NCBI GenBank assembly: GCA_963662795.1 | Contig: OY759746.1 | Span: 480,001-544,000 of the forward strand | From: Spirochaetia bacterium | GTDB taxonomy: Bacteria > Spirochaetota > Spirochaetia > CADAEX01 | Direction of reading: 5' to 3' | Length of the DNA: 64,000 nucleotides | Part shown: positions 47,871 through 58,124 of the stretch, piece after piece | Layout: each line of letters opens with the position of its first letter | How positions within the stretch are numbered: position 1 is the stretch's first letter | Notes under the pieces: generated by a model | The model's input: the letters and a program-made list of their open reading frames with translations, nothing else | Database searches by the model: none | What the model was told of the DNA's origin: nothing | Made by a program: the position numbers and the translations under genes

Positions 47871-49361
47871 TCAGATATTTCTCTGATAAATATCCTCAAC
47901 TCTCTTATACCACAATCTGTAAAAGTCAGCTGTCTCAGGATCCGGCTTTATAACAACTTTTGTTTCATTTACCGGAAGCGCATTATCAAGCGTAGAGAGA
48001 ATACCGGCTGCTGTCATGGCTGTTTTTGCTGCGCCGAGTGCGGAGGCTTCTTTAATACTTGTAACATTGACTTCTGTATTAAAAACATCTGCCTGCATTT
48101 GCAGCCAGAATCCGGATGTGCAGTAACCGCCGGAAGCAAGCAGCGGCATGTGAAAATTATGCAGTTCCTCAAGCGAGTGATATACAGAACACATACGGAA
48201 CATGACACCTTCCAGAGCAGCCCGTATTAAATGTTCCCTTCCATGTGAATAATCCAGCCCGAACATCATCCCCCTGACTGATGCATTCCAATCCGGACTT
48301 CTCTCACCTGTCAGCAGAGGGATAAAAACCAGCCCATTACTGCCGGGTGCAATTGATTCCGCCTGTCTGTCAAAGGTTTCATAAACATCTTCAGAATAAA
48401 GTGAAGCGTCATATTCAGCCTGTCTGGGAAAAAGCCTGTATAACCAGCTGGCTGCCAATCCGGCATTGTTAATGGCTCCTCCATTGATCCAGTGATTTTC
48501 ATCAAAAGGATAAGTCCAGGTTCTTCTTTGAGGATCAAGCAACGGGTTCCTTTCCGTCAGCCGCAATGCTCCGCTTGTCCCGATGGTTGAAACGATCATT
48601 TTTGAACCGGCTGAGGTGAGAGCAATATTGGCAAGAATTCCATCACCCGAACCGATGTGAACAGGGAAACCTGAGGGCAGGCCTGTTTCATTCGCAATAA
48701 AAACCGAGGTTAGTTTTTTTACAGTCAGCGCCGGGACAATTTGACTTAACCGGGATGGACTGAGTTTTAGAATATCAAGAATTTTATCATCCCAGTTAAA
48801 AGTCCCGATATTAAGCATACCCTGGGCACCGGCCATTCCGGGGTCAATTATCCATTCTCCGCAAAGATGGTATAACAGATAATCCTTTAACCCTGCGAAA
48901 CGTGATGCCGGACTGCAGAGTTCTTTTTCCGTTAAGGCAAAATGAAGAATTTTACTTACAGGATACATGGGATGATCAAGCCGGCAACCTGTTCTTGCAT
49001 AAAGGTCCTCAATGTCCCTGGTACCGATATAAGAAGCCTGTTCCCTTGCCCTGGTGTCAGTCCACAGATAAACAGGAGTCAGCGGCTGTCCCTCTCTGTC
49101 GAGAGCCATGATGCTGTGCATATGGCAGCTGATCCCCAGAATGTCGGGCTTTTTGTTTTTCTGTTTGGCGAGACCTGCAAGTTCTGAAAGAGCCTGAATT
49201 GCAAACTTAAGTATTAATTCAGGATCAACTGTCGCATGCCCGTCTTCAGTAGTTGTTATGGGTGATTTTTTTTTTACAGAAATAATTTCCCTGCCGTCTG
49301 CATCAAAAAGGATTGCCTTTATATTGGAGGTTCCAAGGTCCAGACCGATGGCATAGTTCAT
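47871..49361 (-). CDS. FGGY-family kinase, gluconokinase-like
   Basis: GLDLGTSNIK, MHSIMALD, GDGILAN, TIGTSGALR, TGERSPDWN, WLQMQADVF. Confidence 0.88.
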   Translation of the reverse strand: MNYAIGLDLGTSNIKAILFDADGREIISVKKKSPITTTEDGHATVDPELILKFAIQALSELAGLAKQKNKKPDILGISCHMHSIMALDREGQPLTPVYLWTDTRAREQASYIGTRDIEDLYARTGCRLDHPMYPVSKILHFALTEKELCSPASRFAGLKDYLLYHLCGEWIIDPGMAGAQGMLNIGTFNWDDKILDILKLSPSRLSQIVPALTVKKLTSVFIANETGLPSGFPVHIGSGDGILANIALTSAGSKMIVSTIGTSGALRLTERNPLLDPQRRTWTYPFDENHWINGGAINNAGLAASWLYRLFPRQAEYDASLYSEDVYETFDRQAESIAPGSNGLVFIPLLTGERSPDWNASVRGMMFGLDYSHGREHLIRAALEGVMFRMCSVYHSLEELHNFHMPLLASGGYCTSGFWLQMQADVFNTEVNVTSIKEASALGAAKTAMTAAGILSTLDNALPVNETKVVIKPDPETADFYRLWYKRVEDIYQRNI

Positions 49362-49386
49362 ACAATTACCTTAAAATCGTGATATC

Positions 49387-50124
49387 TCAAATTGCATCTT
49401 TTCCCAATTCGCTTTTTTGAGATTCATGAATTTTCCTGATCCGGTCTATGGTATTCTGAATATGATCATCCAGTATTGCCGCTGTCTGCTCTTTATCATC
49501 CGCAAGAATTGCATTAACTATTTTCCTGTGATACCACCTGCCAACCTGATTTCCCAAAGCGATAACAATTTCTTCCATTGCTTTTCTGAACAATTCATTG
49601 AGTATTTGATTGACCTTGATAATTAGAGTATTGCCCGATATCAGGCATAGTTTTCTGTGAAATTCCAGATCAAGTTCTGTAATTCTGTCAATTTCAGTTT
49701 CAGGCGTACTTTCCAGCAAATCAACATTATTAGCCAGAAACTGTTTGTCTTCACTTGTAATGTTTCTGAATACAAGGGGAACTATACCTACCTCAAGAAT
49801 TTTCCGGTAGTCAAGTACCTCAAGTATATTCCGGTCATCGAGACCTATTATTGGAATAAGAACATTCATATTCAAATCGACAGAAACATCGACGACAAAC
49901 GTTCCTTCTCCCTGTCTGGAAAGAAGAAAGCCCTGTGCAATAAGAGATTTAATTGCAGTTCTTACTGATATCCGGCTGACTCCCATCAACCGGCACAGTT
50001 CATTTTCCGAAGGAATCTTTTCTCCGGCTTTCCAGTGCCCGTCAAGAAGCAGCCTCCTCAGCTGATCATAAACCTGTGTATGTATTTTTTCTGTTTTTAT
50101 GGCCTTTATAGGGTTTTGATCCAA
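49387..50124 (-). CDS. GntR/FadR-family transcriptional regulator
   Basis: KIPSENEL, GVSRISVR, RQGEGTFV, DLEFH; TTG start. Confidence 0.92.
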   Translation of the reverse strand: MDQNPIKAIKTEKIHTQVYDQLRRLLLDGHWKAGEKIPSENELCRLMGVSRISVRTAIKSLIAQGFLLSRQGEGTFVVDVSVDLNMNVLIPIIGLDDRNILEVLDYRKILEVGIVPLVFRNITSEDKQFLANNVDLLESTPETEIDRITELDLEFHRKLCLISGNTLIIKVNQILNELFRKAMEEIVIALGNQVGRWYHRKIVNAILADDKEQTAAILDDHIQNTIDRIRKIHESQKSELGKDAI

Positions 50125-50208
50125 CTTGAATACTCCGCTAAAATAATTTTACTGCATTTTAATAGCATATCCATGTTTAGACAATAGAGTTAAAAACTGT
50201 CAATGGAT

Positions 50209-50961
50209 TTAATAAGCTGTAACCCCTCCATCAACCGGCAGTGAAATGCCGTTGATAAAGGAAGCCTGATCAGATGCCAGATATAAGGCAGCTTCCGCAA
50301 TATCATATATCCCGGCCAGTCTGCCCAGCGGAACTTCTCCCAGTCGTTCCTTCATCCGTTCCGGATCCTTCAGCATCTGCTGTACAAGCAGCGTATCGGC
50401 CGTACTTGGATGAATCGAATTACACCTGATATTATCTTTTCCGTACCTCGAGGCTATTGATTTTGTTAAAAGGGTTAAGGCCCCTTTGGTTGTTGTATAA
50501 GCTTCAGGTGTATATTTATGCCCGACAAGTCCGCATACAGATGACATATTTATTATACTCCCGCCGCCCCCTGCCTTAAGAAAAGGCAATACATATTTAA
50601 TACCAAGAAAAGGTCCTCTGATATTTACCCTATACATCCTGTCCAGTTCTTCACCGCTCATTTCCTCGATATTCTTCCGGATATTTATTCCGGCATTATT
50701 AACCAGGACATCGATTCCGTCGGATTCCTTTTGAATCATTTCCACAGCTGATTTCCAGCTTGATTCATCGCTTACATCAAGATTTATAAAAAATGCCCTG
50801 CCGTTGTTGTTTTTCAATTCCCCAACAGATTTCGCCCCCTGTTCCCCGTTCATATCCCCTATAAAAACAACAGCACCTTCCCTGCAGAAAGTTTCCGCAA
50901 TCGCGAATCCGATACCCTGCGCTCCCCCTGTTACAAGGGCGGTTTTATTATCAAGTTTCAT
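50209..50961 (-). CDS. SDR family oxidoreductase
   Basis: VTGGAQGIG, VNNAGI, YTTTK, LPVDGG. Confidence 0.92.
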   Translation of the reverse strand: MKLDNKTALVTGGAQGIGFAIAETFCREGAVVFIGDMNGEQGAKSVGELKNNNGRAFFINLDVSDESSWKSAVEMIQKESDGIDVLVNNAGINIRKNIEEMSGEELDRMYRVNIRGPFLGIKYVLPFLKAGGGGSIINMSSVCGLVGHKYTPEAYTTTKGALTLLTKSIASRYGKDNIRCNSIHPSTADTLLVQQMLKDPERMKERLGEVPLGRLAGIYDIAEAALYLASDQASFINGISLPVDGGVTAY

Positions 50962-50972
50962 AATGATGCTCC

Positions 50973-51008
50973 AAAAAAATGCTGCCCGGTTAAAAACCGG
51001 GCAGAAAA
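50973..51008 (-). terminator. Intrinsic terminator after dctP
   Basis: CTGCCCGGTT-AAA-AACCGGGCAG stem followed by a T run on the minus strand. Confidence 0.72.
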
Positions 51009-51012
51009 ATAA

Positions 51013-52032
51013 TTATTTAACCTTGGAGGTTATGTCCTTAACCTGTTGAATAAGACCGGGTCCAATCTTGTACTGGAACTGTGTATATACCGGCTGTACA
51101 GCATCCTGAAAAGCTTTTTGCTGTTCAGGTGTAAGCTCTGTAACTACCATACCGTTCTTCCTAAGCTCCCCGACATAATCCGTATTCATTTTCCTGTTCG
51201 TGGCTCTCTGAAACAAAGCTGATTCATGAGCCGCTTCAAGAAGTATTTTCTGTTCTTTCGCGCTGAAAGAATCAAACAATTTCTTGTTCATCAGTAAAAT
51301 ATGCGGTCCGTAGACATGACCGGTCAGTGTTGTGTAACCCTGCACTTCATAAAACTTTGACAGGTATATTGTCGGGATGGGATTTTCCTGGCCATCGATG
51401 GTCTTCTGCTGCATAGCGGTGAATACCTCGCTGAAAGGCATTGGAGTTGGATTGGCGCCAAGTGCTTTCCACGCTGCAAGATGGATCGGGTTCTCCATAG
51501 TTCTGACCTTTAAGCCTTTAAGGTCTGCCGGGCTTTTAACTTCCCTTGCGCTGTTGGTAAGCTGTCTGAATCCGTTCTCATAATAGGCAAGCAGTTTCAA
51601 TCCCTTGTCCTCAAGTTTTGCAGCAAGTGCCGCCCCTACTTCACCGTCAAGAACAGCGTCGGCAGCTTTTTCACTCGGGAATATAAACGGCAGGTCCAGC
51701 ACCATGAAATCAGATACCAGCCCTACAAGAGGAGATGCGGATGTACAAACCATCTCAAGTGTTCCCATCTGGGTCGATTCTGTAGCCCTCACATCATCTC
51801 CCAGCTGTGCATTGGCGTATACCTGGACTTCAAATTTTCCCGGCAGTTTTTCATTGAGAATTTCACCGAATTTCACACATGCAAGATATGATGGATGTTT
51901 TTCATTAATACCATTGGATATCTTAAGGACTACAGGGCCGGAGCCTTTTGCCTCGCCGGATCCCCCGGCAAGTACAGGAAATGCAGAAAAAACCAGAAGG
52001 ACACACATAATCAGAAATACTGTCTTTTTCAT
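51013..52032 (-). CDS. dctP: TRAP transporter substrate-binding protein
   Basis: Signal peptide; YENGFRQLT, DLKGLKVR, IDGQENP; AAGGAG RBS before ATG 52032. Confidence 0.93.
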   Translation of the reverse strand: MKKTVFLIMCVLLVFSAFPVLAGGSGEAKGSGPVVLKISNGINEKHPSYLACVKFGEILNEKLPGKFEVQVYANAQLGDDVRATESTQMGTLEMVCTSASPLVGLVSDFMVLDLPFIFPSEKAADAVLDGEVGAALAAKLEDKGLKLLAYYENGFRQLTNSAREVKSPADLKGLKVRTMENPIHLAAWKALGANPTPMPFSEVFTAMQQKTIDGQENPIPTIYLSKFYEVQGYTTLTGHVYGPHILLMNKKLFDSFSAKEQKILLEAAHESALFQRATNRKMNTDYVGELRKNGMVVTELTPEQQKAFQDAVQPVYTQFQYKIGPGLIQQVKDITSKVK

Positions 52033-52142
52033 TATAACTCTCCTTATTTTTTTATCCGATCTCAATACTGAGATCTAAAGTTCTCCGGGAACTCCTCCCC
52101 GGCATCCCCGGAAGAACCAAGTGACATGTTTTTCCTGTGTTC

Positions 52143-53420
52143 CTATTTGACAAGATTCGGGATGAAAGTTATCAGCCCGGGAACATAGGTTATTATAATA
52201 AGGGTAACTACCATTATCATAATGTTAGGCATTATTGCCTTGCTTAACTGGGCTACAGACAGTTTGGATATGCCGCAGCCGACATATAGAATATTTCCTA
52301 CAGGCGGAGTAATAAGTCCTATGCAGAGGTTTACAATCATAACAACGCCAAAGTAAACCGGATCGATCCCCATATTAACAGCCAGAGGAAGAAGCATCGG
52401 CCCAAGGATAAGCAGGGCGGGAGTCAGATCCATGACACAGCCGACCAGAAGAAGCAGGATGTTTATAAAGAACATTAAAAAGTATTTATTGTCTCCCGCA
52501 AGACTCAGCAGGGTTTTTGACAGAAGCTGGGGGATCTGTGCAGTTGTTATAAGGTAGGCCGCAGCCATCGCCGCTCCGCAGACAAGCATTACAACGGATG
52601 TCATTCTCGCAGTATTGATTAATAGTCCGGGAAGTTTTTTCAGATCCAGCTCCCTGTAAATAAAAAGACTGACAAAAAAAGCATAAACAACAGCAATTAC
52701 CGCAGCTTCGGTCGGGGTATAAACCCCGGATATGATTCCGCCTAGAATGATTAGAGGCAGCAGCAGTGCCCAGAAGGCATCAGCACCCGCCAAAAACGCT
52801 TTTTTAAGACTGAAACGCCCTTCTGCCTTGTACCCTGCCTTCCTGCTATGCACATACCAGCCAATCATCAGCCCGAAACCGATAAGAACGCCCGGAATTA
52901 TTCCTCCGAGGAAAAGTTTGACTATGGAAACATTAGCGATAACCCCAAATATAATCATGGGAATACTGGGGGGTATTATGGGACCGATCGTTCCTGCCGC
53001 GCTGAACAATGCCGCGCTTTTTGCCTCATTATACTTCTCGCTTTTCATGACAGGATATAAAAGAGATCCCATGGCTGAGGTATCGGCAACAGCTGATCCG
53101 GAGACCCCTGCGAAAAGCATACTGGCAAGGACTGTAACATAACCCAGTCCGCCCCTGACATGCCCAAGTATCGCTCCGGCAAACTTGACTATCCTGCGGG
53201 ATATTCCTCCGCTATTCATAATTTCTCCTGCAAGGAGAAAAAAAGGAATCGCCATAAGCGGGAAATTATCTATTCCCCGTACAATATTCTGAACCATCAG
53301 AGCGGCTGAAACATTTCCGATTACCATCATGAGAACCATTGCGGTAAGAATAAGGGCAAAAGCTATTGGAACATTCAGAAGTATGAAACCGAACAGGGAA
53401 ATTAAAAACAGTGCAAGCAT
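52143..53420 (-). CDS. dctM: TRAP transporter large permease
   Basis: LMAIPFFLLAG, SGSAVAD, IIPPSIPM, TPTEAA, GLITPPVG. Confidence 0.94.
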   Translation of the reverse strand: MLALFLISLFGFILLNVPIAFALILTAMVLMMVIGNVSAALMVQNIVRGIDNFPLMAIPFFLLAGEIMNSGGISRRIVKFAGAILGHVRGGLGYVTVLASMLFAGVSGSAVADTSAMGSLLYPVMKSEKYNEAKSAALFSAAGTIGPIIPPSIPMIIFGVIANVSIVKLFLGGIIPGVLIGFGLMIGWYVHSRKAGYKAEGRFSLKKAFLAGADAFWALLLPLIILGGIISGVYTPTEAAVIAVVYAFFVSLFIYRELDLKKLPGLLINTARMTSVVMLVCGAAMAAAYLITTAQIPQLLSKTLLSLAGDNKYFLMFFINILLLLVGCVMDLTPALLILGPMLLPLAVNMGIDPVYFGVVMIVNLCIGLITPPVGNILYVGCGISKLSVAQLSKAIMPNIMIMVVTLIIITYVPGLITFIPNLVK

Positions 53421-53941
53421 TACTTCTTTCCTCCAAAAACTTTTACAAGCATTGATATGTTATTTCCAAGCTTGATGAAAGCCTGAATCAGCAGAAGCAG
53501 TGCACTGACTGGAACGACCATGTATACAACACCGTATGGTATCGCCAGCGCCGGGGAAGTCCAGCCGCTGTTGAAAGTGTGGGAAGTAATTGACCATCCT
53601 CCATAGAGCAGTATTCCTATCGCAGCTATAGCCAGCAGGTTTGCCGCAACCAGAACTATCCTTGATGCGCGCAGAGGCAATACTGTAATCAGTATATCCA
53701 GCCCAAGGTGTTCATTATTGACATAAGCCAGCACAGAACCCAGGAAAGCCAGCCAGATCAGCATGAACCTGGATATTTCTTCCGACCAGGCCAGTGCAGA
53801 ATTAAGAAAATAACGGGCTATTACATTTGAAAATACAAAAACGACCATTAAGGCCAGTAATAAACCAATTACCCAGCTGATAAGCCTTATCAGCTGTAAC
53901 TCGATCCTCTCTATAAGATTCTTTTTTTCAACTAAAGCCAT
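53420..53941 (-). CDS. dctQ: TRAP transporter small permease
   Basis: Four TM segments; WSEEISR, EHLGLD. Confidence 0.92.
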   Translation of the reverse strand: MALVEKKNLIERIELQLIRLISWVIGLLLALMVVFVFSNVIARYFLNSALAWSEEISRFMLIWLAFLGSVLAYVNNEHLGLDILITVLPLRASRIVLVAANLLAIAAIGILLYGGWSITSHTFNSGWTSPALAIPYGVVYMVVPVSALLLLIQAFIKLGNNISMLVKVFGGKK

Positions 53942-54036
53942 TCATATCTCCTTAAGAAAGATTCACTATGACCAGTAAAAACTGAATCAGTTCAGTTTTA
54001 AAAAATATCAGTTTTTACATAATATCCGAAACGGCT

Positions 54037-54921
54037 TCATTTTCTTACTTTAATATCAGCCAGACTTTCATAAAACTGAATCAGACCGCCGTGATCATCT
54101 TTTTCCCTGCCTTTAACCTTAAGCGCCTGCATTATTTCCATAACAGTGCTGGTCAGCGGAACAGGAACTCCAACCGCATGGGCCGTATCCAGCGCATTCA
54201 TCAGGTCCTTGATATGAAGTTCTATCCGGAAACCGGGCTTGAAATTACCCTCAAGGATAAGAGGCATTTTGGCATTAAGCACTGTACTTCCGGCAAGTCC
54301 GCCCTTGATGGCATTAAAGACCGCTTCAGGATCAACACCGGCTTTGGTTGCAAGCACCATTGCTTCAGATACGGCAGCAATATTCAAAGCTACAATTATC
54401 TGATTTGCAAGTTTTGTTACATTTCCGCTGCCTGTTTCCCCTACCAGTATTACAGAGCTTCCCATTACTTTAAGCATTTCTTCAACTTTTCTGAAAACAT
54501 CTTCAGGTCCTCCGGCCATAATGGCAAGAGTTCCGTCAATCGCCTTTGGCTCTCCTCCGCTTACAGGCGCATCAATAAAAAATGCACCTTTCTCCGCGAG
54601 CAAAGAAGCCATTTCCTGACTTACAAGCGGAGCAATCGAACTCATGTCTACAACTATTTTACCTTGTGATATCCCCTCAAGGATGCCGTTTTTCCCCGTA
54701 ATAACTTCCCTGACATGTGGTGAATTGGGAAGCATTGTTATAATTATATCTGTTTTCTGAGTAACCTCTTTAGCAGACCCGGCAGCCTCAGCCCCCGCGT
54801 CTGTTAATGACTTTACTGACGATTTATTGATATCAAAAACCAAAAGATCATATCCTGCTTTTTTAAGATTCAGCGCCATTGGCCGGCCCATAATCCCAAG
54901 TCCTATAAAACCGATTTTCAT
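54037..54921 (-). CDS. garR: 2-hydroxy-3-oxopropionate (tartronate semialdehyde) reductase
   Basis: GFIGLGIMG, MLPNSPHV, DAPVSGGEPKAIDGTL, KLANQIIVALNIAA, GFRIELHIKDL. Confidence 0.87.
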   Translation of the reverse strand: MKIGFIGLGIMGRPMALNLKKAGYDLLVFDINKSSVKSLTDAGAEAAGSAKEVTQKTDIIITMLPNSPHVREVITGKNGILEGISQGKIVVDMSSIAPLVSQEMASLLAEKGAFFIDAPVSGGEPKAIDGTLAIMAGGPEDVFRKVEEMLKVMGSSVILVGETGSGNVTKLANQIIVALNIAAVSEAMVLATKAGVDPEAVFNAIKGGLAGSTVLNAKMPLILEGNFKPGFRIELHIKDLMNALDTAHAVGVPVPLTSTVMEIMQALKVKGREKDDHGGLIQFYESLADIKVRK

Positions 54922-54931
54922 TACTATCTCC

Positions 54932-55864
54932 TTAGCTTTTAAGTATTTTTTTTATGCCGGATACAATATCAAGCTCTGTCAGATGATATGCCGTAAGCAG
55001 ATCCTCATAGCAGGAGGCTGATGTACCGAACTGATCCTGGATACCGATTCTAAGCAGAGGCAGCGGAAATTCGCTTAAAGCTTCAAGAACCGCGCTTCCA
55101 AGTCCGCCGAAAACAGAATGTTCTTCAGCTGTAAGCACTCCCCTCTTTCCATCAGCAAATTTCCTCAGAGCCTCAATATCGAGAGGCTTAATAGTACTGA
55201 CGTTTACTACTTCAACAGAAATCCCTTCTTTCTCTGCAATCCCGGCCGCCTTTAATGCCTGGTGAACCATAATACCGCTGGCAAATACAGCAATATCCTT
55301 TCCCCTGCGCAGGCTTTTCATCTGCCCTATTTTATAAGGCTCATCTTCTTCCGTAAGCACAGGAAGCGCTTCCCTGTTTATCCTTATATAGGCAGGTCCG
55401 CTGATTTCCGCCATGGCTTTAACCATTTTTCCGGTTTCAACAGCATCAACGGGAGAAAGAACCGTCATATTAGGCAGAACTCTCATTAGGGCGATATCAT
55501 CTATTGACTGGTGTGTTTTTCCATCGCCGAAATCCGAAAGTCCGGCGCTTGACCCGCAGATATTTACATTTAACCCGGGGATCGCTATGGAACTCCTTAT
55601 CTGATCATATGCACGGCCTGTAGCAAATACGGCAAAAGAACTGTAAAAAGGGATTTTTCCGGACAACGCAAGCCCCGCCGCTGTTGATGCCATATTCTGC
55701 TCCGCAATTCCCATCTGGAAATATCTTTCAGGAAAACTTGCCTGAAAAAGATAACTCATTGTGGATTTGCCGAGATCAGCTTCCAGTACTACAACTTCAC
55801 TATTCTCCTTACCGAGTTTAACCAGTGCTTCTCCGTAACTCTTTCGAAGGCTTTCAGTAATCAT
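54932..55864 (-). CDS. Transketolase, C-terminal subunit (split type)
   Basis: GIAEQNM, RAYDQIR, DGKTHQS, EEHSVFGGLGS. Confidence 0.92.
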   Translation of the reverse strand: MITESLRKSYGEALVKLGKENSEVVVLEADLGKSTMSYLFQASFPERYFQMGIAEQNMASTAAGLALSGKIPFYSSFAVFATGRAYDQIRSSIAIPGLNVNICGSSAGLSDFGDGKTHQSIDDIALMRVLPNMTVLSPVDAVETGKMVKAMAEISGPAYIRINREALPVLTEEDEPYKIGQMKSLRRGKDIAVFASGIMVHQALKAAGIAEKEGISVEVVNVSTIKPLDIEALRKFADGKRGVLTAEEHSVFGGLGSAVLEALSEFPLPLLRIGIQDQFGTSASCYEDLLTAYHLTELDIVSGIKKILKS

Positions 55865-56712
55865 AACTTTTCAACCTCCTTTCTGGTGTTTTCAAGATCT
55901 TTAAGTGCTGTACCGTATTGCTCCTCTGTAAGGCTTCCGTTATGAAATGCAGCCTTATTCTCCGCAAAGGAAAAACCTTTCCCCTTGACAGTCCGGGCAA
56001 CAAGAACAGACGGTTTTCCTTTAATACCGGCAGCTTCATCAAGCGAATTATGAATAGCTGTTACATCATGACCGTCAAGATTAATAACATGCCACCCGAA
56101 AGCTTTCCATTTTTCAGAGATATCATGTATAGGAAATATTTCTTCCGTAGTCCCTGTCGCCTGGATTCCGTTTAAATCAATGATTGCCGTAAGGTTATCC
56201 GCCCGGAACGCACTTGATGCCATTGCCGCTTCCCATATCTGCCCTTCAGACAGTTCCCCGTCTCCGCAGATAACAAAAACCCTCCCTGTGGAGTTATTCA
56301 GCTTCATCCCGAGAGAAAGGCCAAGACCGACTGACAGCCCCTGGCCCAATGAACCTGTCACAGCTTCAATACCCGGGGTCCTTTCCATATCAGGATGCCC
56401 CTGAAGTACGCTTCCATAGCTTTTAAGGGTTTTAAGTTCACTGCGTTTTATCATTCCAAGCTCAACCAGAGCCGCATACTGTGCCAGAACAGCATGTCCC
56501 TTGCTCAAAAGAAGCCTGTCCCGGTTCTTTTCATCCGGATGTTCCGGATTTACATTCATGTGGTAAAAGTAAAGACATGCAATAATATCCGCTATTGATG
56601 AGCTTCCCCCCAGATGTCCGACTTTTCCAGGCGGCAGCATTGCAAGGATATTGGAGCGGATGTCGCAGGCTCTCAGCATGATTTCTTTTTTATTAAACAC
56701 TTTATTCTCCAT
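55861..56712 (-). CDS. Transketolase, N-terminal subunit (split type)
   Basis: GHLGGSSS, LSKGHA, LQGHP, GSLGQG, GDGELSEGQIWEA. Start is 56712 or 56730. Confidence 0.92.
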   Translation of the reverse strand: MENKVFNKKEIMLRACDIRSNILAMLPPGKVGHLGGSSSIADIIACLYFYHMNVNPEHPDEKNRDRLLLSKGHAVLAQYAALVELGMIKRSELKTLKSYGSVLQGHPDMERTPGIEAVTGSLGQGLSVGLGLSLGMKLNNSTGRVFVICGDGELSEGQIWEAAMASSAFRADNLTAIIDLNGIQATGTTEEIFPIHDISEKWKAFGWHVINLDGHDVTAIHNSLDEAAGIKGKPSVLVARTVKGKGFSFAENKAAFHNGSLTEEQYGTALKDLENTRKEVEKL

Positions 56713-56754
56713 ATTTTTTCCTGACAACATATTATCCCGGTTGTGACAGGTATG

Positions 56755-56802
56755 TTGTAATACAAGTTACCTATTATAAAAACGGAATTTCTCTCCCGTC
56801 AA
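56755..56802 (-). promoter_or_regulatory. Sigma-70 promoter of the transketolase/TRAP operon with FadR-type operator
   Basis: TTGACG-N18-TATAAT on the minus strand (56802-56773); palindrome TTGTAATACAA (56755-56765) at the predicted start site. Confidence 0.65.
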
Positions 56803-56882
56803 GGATTTTTTTTCATTTTTTTCATCGTAAGGACAAACAGGGAATTTACATTGTTCTGTTTTTATTTTTTCCGGCTTTTGAA

Positions 56883-56914
56883 TTTTTACAATCTTTTTAC
56901 AACCTTTTACATTT
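56883..56914 (+). promoter_or_regulatory. Tandem TTTTACA direct repeats (putative OmpR-family binding site)
   Basis: TTTTTACAATC-TTTTTACAACC-TTTTACATTT, 10-11 bp period, upstream of the vWA-kinase-regulator operon. Confidence 0.58.
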
Positions 56915-56981
56915 CCCTGACATCTCAAAATAAAACCTCACATACAATTGATTACAGATCAAAGAAACAAGAGGTGATTTT

Positions 56982-58100
56982 ATGAAACGAATAATTATTT
57001 TTATTTCAATGCTGATTTTGGCAGGACAGCTGCCGCTGTTCTCACAGAGCCGGATGGATGAAAGAAGGCCGGTTATACAGCTCGCGCTGCTGCTTGATAC
57101 ATCAAACAGCATGGACGGCCTTATAAACCAGGCGAAAAGCCAGCTCTGGAAGATTGTGTCGGAAACAGGCAGGGCGAAGAGAGGAGGACGGAAACCTGTC
57201 CTGCAGGTTGCGCTCTATGAATACGGCAATGACAATCTGCCTGTACTTGAAGGCTATATCCGCCAGGTTGTCCCTTTCACTACAGATCTCGACTATATTT
57301 CACACAACCTGTTCGGGCTTTCAACCTGCGGCGGAAGTGAGTACTGCGGGCAGGTAATATCGGAAGCAAGCCGGCATCTTGACTGGGACAGAAATCCGGA
57401 TACCCTGAAAATCATTTTCATCGCCGGGAACGAACCCTTTACCCAGGGGCCGTCAGATTATGTCCGGGCATGCACAGCCGCGCTGAATAAGGATATTATC
57501 GTAAATACCATCTTCTGCGGAGATTACCGGGAGGGTGTCGCGACAAACTGGCAGCATGGCGCCAGGGTCGGCGGCGGCAGATACATGAACATAAACAGCG
57601 ACTACGAGATCAGCTATATCAGGGCCCCGCAGGATGAGAGGATTGAAGAGCTCAACAGAAGGCTTAACAGTACCTATCTGGGTTATGGAGCGGCCGGCAG
57701 TGCAAAAAAGGAAATGCAGGCAGAACAGGACAGCAATGCCTCCGGATTGAGCCGCGGAAGCTTTCTTGAAAGGGCAAAGGTGAAATCTTCATCAAGCTAT
57801 TCTAACTCATCCTGGGACCTTGTCGATGCCTATGCAGAAGGGGAAATTTCACTGCCTGCTGTCAAAGCCGATGATCTGCCCGAGGAAATGAGGAAAATGA
57901 CAGATAAGGAAAAAGAGTCCTATATTAAAAAGATGCAGGATGAGAGAAAGACCATTCAGGCAGAAATATCGCTTTTAAGCGCTGAACGCGATGAATATAT
58001 CAAATCGCAGGGGCAGAAGCAGGAAGAGGCAACCCTTGACAGCGCAATGATTGACGCTATCCGGGATGCCGCAAAATCAAAAGGTTTTGATCTTGAATAA
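56982..58100 (+). CDS. Secreted von Willebrand factor A domain protein
   Basis: Signal peptide; MIDAS motif LLLDTSNSM; IFIAGNE; helical C-terminus. Confidence 0.87.
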   Translation: MKRIIIFISMLILAGQLPLFSQSRMDERRPVIQLALLLDTSNSMDGLINQAKSQLWKIVSETGRAKRGGRKPVLQVALYEYGNDNLPVLEGYIRQVVPFTTDLDYISHNLFGLSTCGGSEYCGQVISEASRHLDWDRNPDTLKIIFIAGNEPFTQGPSDYVRACTAALNKDIIVNTIFCGDYREGVATNWQHGARVGGGRYMNINSDYEISYIRAPQDERIEELNRRLNSTYLGYGAAGSAKKEMQAEQDSNASGLSRGSFLERAKVKSSSSYSNSSWDLVDAYAEGEISLPAVKADDLPEEMRKMTDKEKESYIKKMQDERKTIQAEISLLSAERDEYIKSQGQKQEEATLDSAMIDAIRDAAKSKGFDLE

Positions 58101-58124
58101 AAACTTGCAAAGGATATAAATTGA

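Noticed and set aside
47555-56802. Integrative element inserted at tRNA-fMet carrying the TRAP cluster
   Set aside because: No integrase is present and I found no duplicated tRNA 3' end in the window.
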